From Chiloscyllium plagiosum (Eukaryota): a stretch of DNA of 48,137 bases. The position numbers were made by a program, and so were the translations under genes. The notes below the pieces were generated by a model. The model was not told where the DNA came from and made no database searches. It saw nothing but the letters and a program-made list of their open reading frames with translations. This document shows, piece by piece, positions 35,601 through 45,576 of this stretch (its first letter is position 1; every line of letters begins with the position of its first letter). Location of the stretch: the NCBI RefSeq assembly GCF_004010195.1, contig NC_057757.1:6520682-6568818 (forward strand), in the 5' to 3' direction.

Positions 35601-38046
35601 TGACTGTACTGTCACACAGCGAGTAACCTTTAACCTGCTGAATAAACACTGACTGTACTGTCTCACAGCGTGTAACCCTTACCCTGCTGAATATACACTG
35701 ACTGTACTATTACACAGCGAGTAATCCTTACCCTACTGAATATACACTGACTGTACTATTACACAGCGAGTAACCCTTACCCTGCTGAATACATGCTGAC
35801 TGTACTGTCAGACAGCGAGTAACCCTTTCGCTACTGAATATACACTGACTGTACTGTCAGACAGCGAGTAACCCTTACCCTGCTGAATAAACACAGACTG
35901 TACAGTCTCACAGCGTGTAATCCTTACCCTGCTGAATATACAGTGTGTACTGTCAGACAGCGAGTAACCCTTACCCTGCAGAATATACACTGACTGTACT
36001 GTTACACTGCGAGTAACCCTAACCCTGCTGAATAAATACTGACTCTGCTGTCACACAGCGAGTAACCCTTACCCTAGTGAATATACACTGACTATACTGT
36101 CACACAGAGTGTAACCCTTACCCAGCTGAATCTACACTGGCTCTACTGTCACTCAGCGAGTAATCCTTACCCTGCTGAATAAACACTCACTATAATGTCA
36201 CACAGCGAGTAACCCTTACTCTGCTGAATATACACTGACTGTACTGTTACACTGCGAGTAACCCTAACCCTGCTGAATAAATACTGACTCCAATGTCACA
36301 CAGCGAGTAATCCTTACCCTACTGAACATACACTGACTCTACTGTCACACAGCGAGTAACTCTTACCCGACTGAATATACACTGACTCTACTTTCACACA
36401 GCGAGTAACCCTTACCCTGCTGAATATACACTACCTGTACTGTCACACAGAGTGTAACCCTTACCCAGCTGAATATACACTGACTGTACTGTCACACAGC
36501 GTGTAACCCTTACCCTGCTGAATATACACTGACTGTACTATTACACAGCGAGTAACCCTTATCCTGCTGAATATACACTGACTATACTATCAGACAGCGA
36601 GTAACCCTTACCCTGCTGAATATACACTGACTGTACTGTTACACAGCGATTAACCCTTACCCTGCTGAATAAACACTGACTGTACTGTCACTCAGCGAGT
36701 AACCCTGACCCTGCTGATTATACACTGACTGAACTGTCACGCAGCGAGTAAACCTTAGCCTGCTGAATATACAGAGTGTACTGTCACACAGCGAGTAACC
36801 CTTACCCTGCTGAATATACACTGATTGTACTGTCAGGCAGTGAGTAACCCTTACCCTGCTGAATATACACTGACTGTACTGTCACGCAGCGAGTAACCCT
36901 TAGCCTGCTGAATATACAGAGTGTACTGTCAGACAGCGAGTAACCCTTACCCTGCTGAATATACACTGATTGTACTGTCAGGCAGCGAGTAACCCTTACC
37001 CTGCTAAACAAACGCTGACTGCACTGTCACACAGCGAGTAGTCCTAACCCTGCTGAATAAATACTGACCGTACTGTAACACAACGAGTAACCCTTATCCT
37101 GCTGAATAAACACTGACTGTACTATAACACAGCGAGTAACCCTTACCCTGCTGAATACATGCTGACTGTACTGTCAGACAGCGAGTAACCCTTACACTCC
37201 TGAATATACACTGACTGTCCTGTCACACAGCATGTAACCCTTATCCTGCTGAATATACACTGACTGAACTGAAACTCAGCGAATAACCCTTACCCTGCTG
37301 AATATACACTGACTGTATTGTCACACAGCATGTAACCATTACCATGCTGAATATACACTGACTGAACTGTCACTCAGCGAGTAACCCTTACCCTGCTGAA
37401 TATACACTGACTGTACTGTCACACAGCGTGTAACCAATACCATGCTGAATATACACTGACTGTACTGTTACACAGCGAGTAACCCTTACCCTGCTGAATA
37501 AACAAGAGTGTATTGTCACACAGCGAGTAACCCTTACCCTGCTGAATATACACTGACTGTACTGTCTCACAGCGTGTAACCCTTACCCTCCTGAATATAC
37601 ACTGACTGTACTATTACACAGCGAGTAACCCTTACCCAGCTGAATATACACTGACTCTACTGTCACACAGCAAGTAACCCTTACCCTGCTGAATATACAC
37701 TGCCTGTACTGTCACACAGCGAGTAACCCTTACCCTGCTAAATATACACTGACTCTACTGTCACCCAGCGAGTAACCCTTACCCTACTGAATATACACTG
37801 ACTGTACTGTTACACAGCGATTAACCCTTACCCTGCTGAATAAACACTGACTGTACTGTCACTCAGCGAGTAACCCTGACCCTGCTGAATATACACTGAC
37901 TGTACTGTTACACAGCGATTAACCCTGACCCTGCTGAATATACACAGACTCTACTGTCACACAGCGAGTAACCCTTATCCTACTGAATATACACCGGCTC
38001 TACTGTCACTCAACGAGTAACCCTTACCCTGCTGAATATACACTGC
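32645..38046. repeat. 49-bp minisatellite, ~110 copies, running into an assembly gap
   Basis: Unit cacagcgagtaacccttaccctgctgaatatacactgactgtactgtca (e.g. cagcgag at 33314 and 33363), with occasional shorter variants and a small internal gap at 33195-33238. Confidence 0.97.
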
Positions 38047-38546
38047 NNNNNNNNNNNNNNNNNNNNNNNNNNNNNNNNNNNNNNNNNNNNNNNNNNNNNN
38101 NNNNNNNNNNNNNNNNNNNNNNNNNNNNNNNNNNNNNNNNNNNNNNNNNNNNNNNNNNNNNNNNNNNNNNNNNNNNNNNNNNNNNNNNNNNNNNNNNNNN
38201 NNNNNNNNNNNNNNNNNNNNNNNNNNNNNNNNNNNNNNNNNNNNNNNNNNNNNNNNNNNNNNNNNNNNNNNNNNNNNNNNNNNNNNNNNNNNNNNNNNNN
38301 NNNNNNNNNNNNNNNNNNNNNNNNNNNNNNNNNNNNNNNNNNNNNNNNNNNNNNNNNNNNNNNNNNNNNNNNNNNNNNNNNNNNNNNNNNNNNNNNNNNN
38401 NNNNNNNNNNNNNNNNNNNNNNNNNNNNNNNNNNNNNNNNNNNNNNNNNNNNNNNNNNNNNNNNNNNNNNNNNNNNNNNNNNNNNNNNNNNNNNNNNNNN
38501 NNNNNNNNNNNNNNNNNNNNNNNNNNNNNNNNNNNNNNNNNNNNNN
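38047..38546. other. Assembly gap of exactly 500 N (probable arbitrary-size scaffold join)
   Basis: Round length, unlike the other gaps (5796-6304, 7764-8475, 13938-13987, 31004-31215, 33195-33238). Confidence 0.85.
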
Positions 38547-38668
38547 GACAAGGGGTATATGTGAGTGACGGGAGTATATGTGAGTGACGGGGGTATCTGT
38601 GAGGGGGTGTTGGTGGAATGTGCCTAGTATTTCCTGAAGCCCTCTGTGCACTGGAACATTGCCAACAG

Positions 38669-38914
38669 GTGGAGTTCTACTTCCTGTCTCAGTACGTCTC
38701 TGCCACTGACACACCTTTCCGGCACATTCTCCATGGACGGGGTGACCACACACTGGAAGCCCTTTACAGACATTTCCAACTGCTTAAGGACAAGCCGAGC
38801 AAGTTTGACGAGAAGAAGTTCCGGAAGCAGTTGGCCCTGGTGACATGGACCCTGCAGGGAGCTGCCAACGCTCTGAGTGGAGACGTCTGGAACATTGGTA
38901 ACAACAGCTTCTAG
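38669..38914 (+). CDS. TFR2: Transferrin receptor 2, last coding exon (C-terminal helical/dimerisation domain)
   Basis: cag|GTG GAG TTC TAC starts [32 protein letters not shown]...[31 protein letters not shown]. Diagnostic residues are TFR2-type ([26 protein letters not shown]) rather than TFR1-type (VEYHFLSPY, GSGSHTL, TWTIQG, VWDI). Confidence 0.93.
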   Translation: MEFYFLSQYVSATDTPFRHILHGRGDHTLEALYRHFQLLKDKPSKFDEKKFRKQLALVTWTLQGAANALSGDVWNIGNNSF

Positions 38915-39044
38915 AACGTCCAGATCATCAACACCGTTGACTCATTCTTCACTGACCCTTCACTGAGAGAGGGAGTGTGCTGTGGGCCTCCTCAAACCCT
39001 GCCAGACTTGGTTCAATCACCACTCGTTCGAGGCTTCCATGCAG

Positions 39045-39240
39045 CATCTCTCCCCTCCTTTCTGTCCTCTGCTCATCCTTCACTCCTCTCCCCTCCTTCT
39101 CATCTCTTCCTCTCCTCACCCTTCCCTCCTTCTCCCCTCTCCATCCTCACCTCTCCTCCACCAGTCTCCTCTTCTCCCACTCTTCCTTCACACACTCGCT
39201 CCCTCCGAACCTCTCTCTTCCTCCTCCAACCCTTCCCAGG
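39045..39240. repeat. CT-rich low-complexity tract in proximal TFR2 3' region
   Basis: Near-continuous pyrimidines on the + strand. Confidence 0.8.
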
Positions 39241-40393
39241 ATAACCAGGGGCGGAGGGGGTGAGTAAAGAGGACTCCCCGTTCCCATGTCTTTCTGATCA
39301 ACACCAGATGGCATGTCAGTTCATGTCCCACGCATCTTTATCTCTGTTTCCGACTCCCCACCCCACATCACTTTCTCCCCATAATTCCCTCCTCTATCTT
39401 TCCATCTTACTCTTCTGTTTTTCCCTCTTTCGCTGTCCGCCTCCTTTTTCTCCACAAGATGGAATTGTCTGCACATTAACCGTTTCACTTTGAATTCCCG
39501 CCGTTTAACCTGTGCTATTGCGTCAGGATCAGTAACTTCGAGTTCAGTTCAACATTGGACCATCAATCTCTGGTTGGGAGTTCACGTCCCTCCCTGACTG
39601 AGGTGCAAAATTGATTTAACTTTTAAAAAATCCAATAATTTTCAGTTTAAATTTCAAATCTCTATTGCCTAAGGTTAGATTCTCCAACACAGATGGGGGT
39701 GTTGGAGGGAGGTTCATTCTTGACTCTGGTCCTGTGATAACTTTTATGCCCCCTTCACGATCTGGTGGTGAGTAATCTGAGGTCATCGTGACAAAGTTAA
39801 ATATGAATGGTACCGAAACAGGCCATTTGGCCCACCCGCTCCATATGTTTCTGTTCCATATGGACCTCCACTCCCATTCCTCCCTTTACATGTTGTACAA
39901 ATATAGGAAATTAGGAGGAGCGGGCCTCAAGTCTGCTCCAATTTGAGAGAGCTTTGAAGATTCACAATCCTCAGAAGTGTCCCCTTGACCATCAGAGATA
40001 GGAGCAGAAGGCCATTCAGCCCATCGGATGTGTGCTGCCATTCAGAGATCACTGCTGACCTGATAATCCTCAGGTTCTGAAACAAGGTCTTCTATGCCTC
40101 AGTCAAACTGCCTCTTAGCCTTCCAGCAGAGTTTCACCCCCATCACCTTCTTATTCCTTTCTCCCTCCTGTTTATCCAGTTTTCTCTTGACTGCTTTGAC
40201 ACTATATTTGCCTCAACCACTTTGAGGTCGCAAGTTCCCCATTCTCACCGTTCATATACCACATAAGGAGATTTCTCTTCACTACCACAGTGACTTTCTG
40301 GTGTTGATGATCTCTATGTATCCGCAGTCTAATCTCTGCAAGAGTCTGTCTCATGAAATTTTCCAACATAGTTTTGAGGACATCTTATGATGG

Positions 40394-40671
40394 TCATGAT
40401 TGGAGACGCTGGTGTTGGACTGGGGTGTTGAAAATCCCACAATACCAGGTTATAGTCCAACAGGTTTATTTGGAAACACTAGCTTTCAGAGCGCTGCCCC
40501 TTCATTAGGTGGTTGTGGAGAATAAGATTGTAAGACATGGAATTTATTGCAAATTTATTCTGTATCTTACGATCTTATACTCCACAAGCACCTGACGTCG
40601 GAGCAGCGCTCCGACAGCTAGTGCTTCCAAATAAACCTGTTGGACTCTAACCTGGTATTGGGTGATTTTTA
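40394..40671. mobile_element. Second family of Penelope-like inverted-repeat element
   Basis: Arms ccaggttatagtccaacaggtttatttggaa... and ...ttccaaataaacctgttggactctaacctgg, with flanking direct repeat atcttat(g/a)atgg. A related fragment lies at ~28690-28795. Confidence 0.7.
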
Positions 40672-40893
40672 ATCTTATAATGGCTTCTCTTTTCTAGTGA
40701 AAATAATGTAGTTGTGTTCAGTCTTAAGTCAATACCTCTGTCATGTTCTTTTCCAGAAAGTAACTTAAAGATGGGAATTTAAAGTGAATAGATGAATGGC
40801 TAAAAAATGTCACGGCAAATGAAATTAGATTGTGTGTTTGTCCATCCATATCTAGTGCTGGTGTCTAGACTCCGGTTGTCATCAATGATTGTT

Positions 40894-40926
40894 TAATTTA
40901 TCAGGGACAGTGATCACTATAAATTA
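40894..40926 (+). promoter_or_regulatory. Iron-responsive element 1 (TFRC IRE-A-like)
   Basis: TAATTTAT-C-AGGGA-CAGTGA-TCACT-ATAAATTA: 8-bp lower stem, bulged C, CAGUGN loop, and an upper stem with one G.A mismatch. Confidence 0.75.
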
Positions 40927-40944
40927 TTTTTGTAATATATTGTT

Positions 40945-40973
40945 AATTATCGGAAGCAGTGCCTTCCATAATT
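40945..40973 (+). promoter_or_regulatory. Iron-responsive element 2 (TFRC IRE-B-like, canonical)
   Basis: AATTAT-C-GGAAG-CAGTGC-CTTCC-ATAATT: perfect lower stem, C bulge, 5-bp upper stem and CAGUGN loop. Confidence 0.95.
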
Positions 40974-40977
40974 CCAA

Positions 40978-40988
40978 CAGTTATACTG
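40978..40988 (+). promoter_or_regulatory. Non-IRE triloop hairpin immediately 3' of IRE 2
   Basis: CAGT-TAT-ACTG. The same text follows IRE-B in human TFRC as I recall it (GACAGTTATACTGTC). Confidence 0.5.
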
Positions 40989-41069
40989 GCTTTGAATGGA
41001 AAAAGCATCTTCTGTTTGTTAGAAGCCAGGTGGTAGAGGCAAGTTGTTGGCAATGCTCAGGTTAGTCAA

Positions 41070-41240
41070 GCTGCCATTTTGTAGTTTTCCCTGTCTTCAA
41101 TGGCAGCCATTTTGTAGTGCTCCCTATCTTCACTGGCAGCCATTTGCATTGGCCCCATGTTGGCTGGCCACTTGCAGCGTCCTCTGTCTTCATCAGCAAT
41201 CTGCTATCTTCAATGGCAGCCATTTGCAGAGCCATCTGTC
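41070..41240. repeat. Degenerate ~33-bp repeat with GCCATTT cores
   Basis: gccattt at 41073, 41106, 41139 and 41219 within cttcaatggcagccattt-type units. Confidence 0.6.
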
Positions 41241-41845
41241 TTTGTGTGGACATCTGCCATACCTCTATCCCGCCATCATTATGATTCCTGTGTGGAATCT
41301 CCTTGGGGATTGCAGGCTGTCTGGTAGGATTTTTTAAATGCTTTCCTGAAGTGTAGACTGATCCTTTAATTTGTTTTGAAAGCAAAAGCTCTGAGGAGTT
41401 ATTGGTGCTAAGTCAAACATCTGAAATCCAATGCGGGAACACCACTGCCTGCAAGTTCCCCTCCATTGCCCATCCTGACTTGGAAATATATTGCCATTCC
41501 TTCAGTGTCACTGGGTTAAAATCTTGGAATTCCTTCCTCAATGGAACTGCGCATGTTCCAACACTTAAGTGAAGTGCAGGGGTTCAAGAAAGCAGTTCAC
41601 CTCCCACCTCCTGGACAGCTAAAGATCGACATGGTGCTTATGATCCCTTTAGAAATGTATCCCTTGCAACGCCCAACTCCCCATCTACACCCTAAATCTG
41701 ACTGCTCTTGAAATAGAGACAAACAAATGGCAGCAGAGCATTGCCAATAAGAGAGACATCATTGTACGAGGGGCACATCAGCATTGGGATCCTCTAGTAC
41801 GAATACTGCCATTAATCTATCAGCTATTGATAAAGAAAACGTGTT

Positions 41846-41874
41846 AATTATCGGGAACAGTGCTTCTCATAGTT
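41846..41874 (+). promoter_or_regulatory. Iron-responsive element 3 (TFRC IRE-C/E-like)
   Basis: AATTAT-C-GGGAA-CAGTGC-TTCTC-ATAGTT: fully paired with two G.U pairs, and extendable by GTGTT/AGCAC. Confidence 0.92.
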
Positions 41875-42226
41875 CAGCACATTGCTTACTTGTTGAGGCC
41901 TAGTTATTTACCCCCACTGACCTGAGTCTGTTGTGTACCTGTTTGTTTATGCTTTGGTTGGTTTGATGTGCCAGTCTAATGAGAGGGTCAACCTGTAACC
42001 ACATTGGCCATACCCACTCTCTTCCTTTCAAGCGTAATATGCTCTGGATCGAGGGGTGCAGAGTTGGGGGAAGATGGCACTGTACCAGTAACTGAGGATG
42101 GTGGGGGGGGAAGAAAAGGGGTGTGTGTGTGTTTTCTTTTTAAAACCATCTGTCAGAGCTTTGTGCTGTGCTGCTCAGACTGGCCCAGAGTCACCATAAA
42201 ATGCTTCAATGTATCACAACTGGAGA

Positions 42227-42232
42227 ATTAAA
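42227..42232 (+). terminator. Candidate distal poly(A) signal for TFR2 (ATTAAA)
   Basis: PAS-type hexamer after the last IRE, followed ~30 nt later by a G/T-rich stretch. Confidence 0.35.
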
Positions 42233-42314
42233 AATTTAGCCAAACTACAAAGCTGCCTTGGGTTTAGTTCCTACCTAACTCTGTTGCTCCAACCAGAGAC
42301 ATCAGCAAAGCTGA

Positions 42315-42730
42315 TACAGGTCATTCTGCTTGAACGTGTGATTCATTAATGCGAATACCCGATTGATGAATTATAGAGTTATAGAGATGTACAATGTGGA
42401 AACAGACCCTTCGGTCCAACCCGTCCATGCCAACCAGATATCCCAACCCTAATCTAGTCCCACCTGCCAGCACCCGGCCCATATCCCTCCAAACCCTTCC
42501 TATTCATATACCCATCCAAATGCCTGTTAAATGTTGCAATTGTACCAGCCTCCACCACTTCCTCTGGCAGCTCATTCCATTGTTTCTAAAGTGCCAACTT
42601 TTAAAACACGTGTTGGCTGTGACAGGACTGCATCACCAACACTTTAAGCGCTGTTTCTAAAGCACAATTTTTTTTAATAACGGGGGTCACACAAGAACGT
42701 AACTATGTCATTACAGAAAAACTACCTGTA
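42315..42730. mobile_element. Possible Tc1/mariner-pogo MITE interrupted by the LINE tail
   Basis: TA-caggt...acctg-TA ends with imperfect inverted repeats. Confidence 0.4.
42372..42580 (-). mobile_element. HER1/CR1 LINE 3' tail
   Basis: Family tail text on the minus strand. Confidence 0.88.
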
Positions 42731-43364
42731 GGTGTGAGTGAGCCAAAAAACACTGAATGGTTCTCAGCTAGTGCTTATAGGAGAGAGAGTTTTAAATTGG
42801 CTCATCTGGTCTCTTACATTGCACTGTCAGTCAATCACTATTTCTGCTGACAAGTATTGGTCCACTCTCTCCACCACCCATCTCAGTAGCAGCAGCAGCA
42901 TGTACCATCTACAAGATTCACTGCAACACCTTTCTAACTTCTAATCTCATCACAGAGAGACTAGGGCAGCAGATACATGGGAACACCATTTGCAAGTTCC
43001 TCTCCCACCATCCTGACTTGGAAATTTATTAGCCGTTCCTGCAGTGTTGCTGGGTCAGAATCCTGGAGCTCCCTCCCTAACGACACTGTCCCCAAACAGA
43101 CGGCAGCGATTTAACGCAGCAGTTCACTGCCACCTTCTCCATTACCGATAGGCAACAGTTGCTGGCCTCGACATTAATGCCCATATGCTGTGTACAAACA
43201 AAGTGGGCGTGGTGGCCAATGTGGCCCATGCCAAATCTGGCAAGGATTTGGTGCTCTGAGCTAGGCCCAGCTTTCATTCTGCAAGTCAGCCTGACCTGCA
43301 GAACAAGGGAAGAGAAAGGGGGGGGGATAAAGAGGTGTAGGTTAAGCACATGATCAAGGTGGTA

Positions 43365-43630
43365 AAAACAATGACTGCAGATGCTGGAAACCAGATTCTG
43401 GATCAGTGGTGCTGGAAGAGCACAGCAATTCAGGCAGCATCCGAGGACAGGCAAAATCGACGTTTCGGGCAAACGCCCTTCATCAGGAATGAGACAGGGA
43501 GCCTCCTGGGTGGAGAGATAAATGGGATGTTAATTCTCCTGCTCGTCGGATGCTGCCTAACCGGCTGTGTTTTTTCAGCACCACTCTAATCTCAACTCTG
43601 ATCTCTGGCATCTGCAGCACCCACTTTCGC
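43365..43630 (-). mobile_element. Penelope-like hairpin-family element(s) with intact hammerhead-like core
   Basis: Minus strand CTGATGA-A-GGGC-gttt-GCCC-GAAAC-GTC at 43459-43486, with family text gcagatgctgg...gctggaagagcacagc...ggcagcatccgagg. Confidence 0.65.
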
Positions 43631-44079
43631 CTGGTGGGTTTGAATCCTGTCAAATGGCACATGGTGGAATCTGAAATCAGTACAAGTCTGGAATCAAGGG
43701 TATAATGATGACCATGAATCCACTACCCAGTGTCGGATGAACCCACCTGGTCCACTAATGTCCTTTGGGGAAGGAAACTGCCATTATTACCTGCTCCTAC
43801 CTACATTGTGGGTGGCTCTTAAACTCCTCTCTGGGCAATTAATGCTGTCCTCAGCCCTGTTACCCTCATGGCATGAAGGAATTGAATTTTAAAGGGCATT
43901 CCAGAGGCCCATACTCATGCCTTGGGGACACAGGTTAAAATACCACCATGACAACTGGTGAAATTTAAGTTAACAAATCAATCTAGCCAGCTAGTTACAG
44001 AAACACATGGCTGAGACACGGGAACTTGGAACGCAACAAAGAGAAAAATCAAACAGGATTTAAAACAATAGCTGACGCC

Positions 44080-44085
44080 TTTATT
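44080..44085 (-). terminator. Poly(A) signal AATAAA of an unidentified convergent gene
   Basis: The minus strand reads ...ttgtatttgcactttgcaaaaaaaaatagaacttgtacaaatgtaaag...gtgttttAATAAAggcgtc followed by a T/GT-rich tract, a typical mRNA 3' end. Confidence 0.6.
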
Positions 44086-45514
44086 AAAACACCACGTGGG
44101 GCCCAAAGGGGCATAAGTACATTTGGTCGGACTTTACATTTGTACAAGTTCTATTTTTTTTTTGCAAAGTGCAAATACAATTCTTTTTTTAAAATTAAAA
44201 AAAATCTGTTGTGAGTTTACACAGGACTTTCATTCATTCTGACATCCAAATCCCAATTAATGTGCACAGATCTTCAAAAAAAAAATGAAAACACACGTGC
44301 GCGCACACACACACACACACACACGCAGAAAACCCAGAATATATATTAAAAAGTTACAGCGCCCCAGTCGGTGACAACCCCTATCATTATTTCGAGCACA
44401 TGCACACATGCAGCAGCAATCTGGGAATTTCAGGCTGGAGAGCGGCAACCAGAGGTCAACTCTGCAAACCGTTGTTGGAGGAGATTATGTCAGCTTCTTG
44501 CTGCACTGAGAAGGTGGACAAGGCCTAGAGCACAACCTCCCAATGAGACCCTGACAACAGCACATAGCCATGGTGCACAGAGGTCTCCTCCCATGGGGAC
44601 CCGGTTCCTCCCCTTTCCCCAAACATCCCTACCCAGCCCACAAGACAACTAAAAACACTCTGCTACCAGTCCTGCTAACCCACTACCCTATTGAAACAGA
44701 CAAAGTCCGTAGCTGGATGGGGCAAAGATGATTAGCTGATTAAGACCCACCCTAGCAACCCATGCTACTTTCCCTCATCCTAACCAGTCCTAGAGAGTTG
44801 GTTGCTGCAGTAGCTTCTCCCTCAGACTCCGTGGTACTGAGAGAACACTGATGGGTCAGGATTAACCATCGCTTAGTTGGAGAAATTCCTTCAATTTGAG
44901 GGAGGATTAGTCAGGCAAAACATTCCACACCAAGGCTCCCAGAACAGGGACAGCACAGGGTAAAGCTTCCTCTCTCTCTGTTTCAGCATAGGATTGGTGT
45001 TCAGCTGCAGTACACACCACATGTGAATATCCTACACTGGGCCCCACAGGGTGACCAGTTGCCTAAAACATCAGTGAAGGACAAGATGAGGCTGGAAATG
45101 TGCCACATCAAGACAGTCTTGGTCAACTCCGAGCTGCCCCCCACTCCACTATCACTATCTCTGAACTTACCCAAACAAAATCAAGAACAGCTCCTTTTCT
45201 CATGTTCAATATTCCCAAAGCCCCCTCCCTCCTCCACCCCCAACCCAAAGGCATCTCCTACTACACATTTTAACCTCTCCCACTTTCCCCAGTCGAAGGT
45301 CACCCATTCACTCCAGTTACTCCCACCTTAGGCCAGTCAAGTGCCCCACCTATAGGGGCCAGTCTCCGAAAGAGATAAAGTGCTCAAGTACCGACCAATT
45401 GCCGGACCACTCGCATGAGGAACCTTCCCTTATTGCAATGCGTGCTTTTCCAAAAGTAGAGAACTACGGAAATCGCAGACTCTCTCCAGTTGGGGTAGTG
45501 TCTAGACTTTATAA

Positions 45515-45576
45515 CTGAAAATGTGTTGCTGGAAAAGCGCAGCAGGTCTCCAGCATCTGCAGACCTCACTTTCTCC
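45515..45576. mobile_element. Internally deleted hairpin-family element with 14-bp TSD
   Basis: tctagactt(t/c)ataa is duplicated at 45501-45514 and 45577-45590. Confidence 0.75.

Noticed and set aside
32645..38046. CRISPR-like regular array
   Set aside because: Units are contiguous with no unique spacers, there are no cas genes, and the context is vertebrate. It is a minisatellite.
38618..38914. Stand-alone 98-aa ORF, or TFR1 instead of TFR2
   Set aside because: Similarity begins exactly at an AG acceptor (38669), so it is a terminal exon. Diagnostic residues and the TSC22D4 neighbour favour TFR2.
41495..41520. Additional CAGTG words (here and near 40288) as extra IREs
   Set aside because: No paired 5-bp upper stem with a bulged C.
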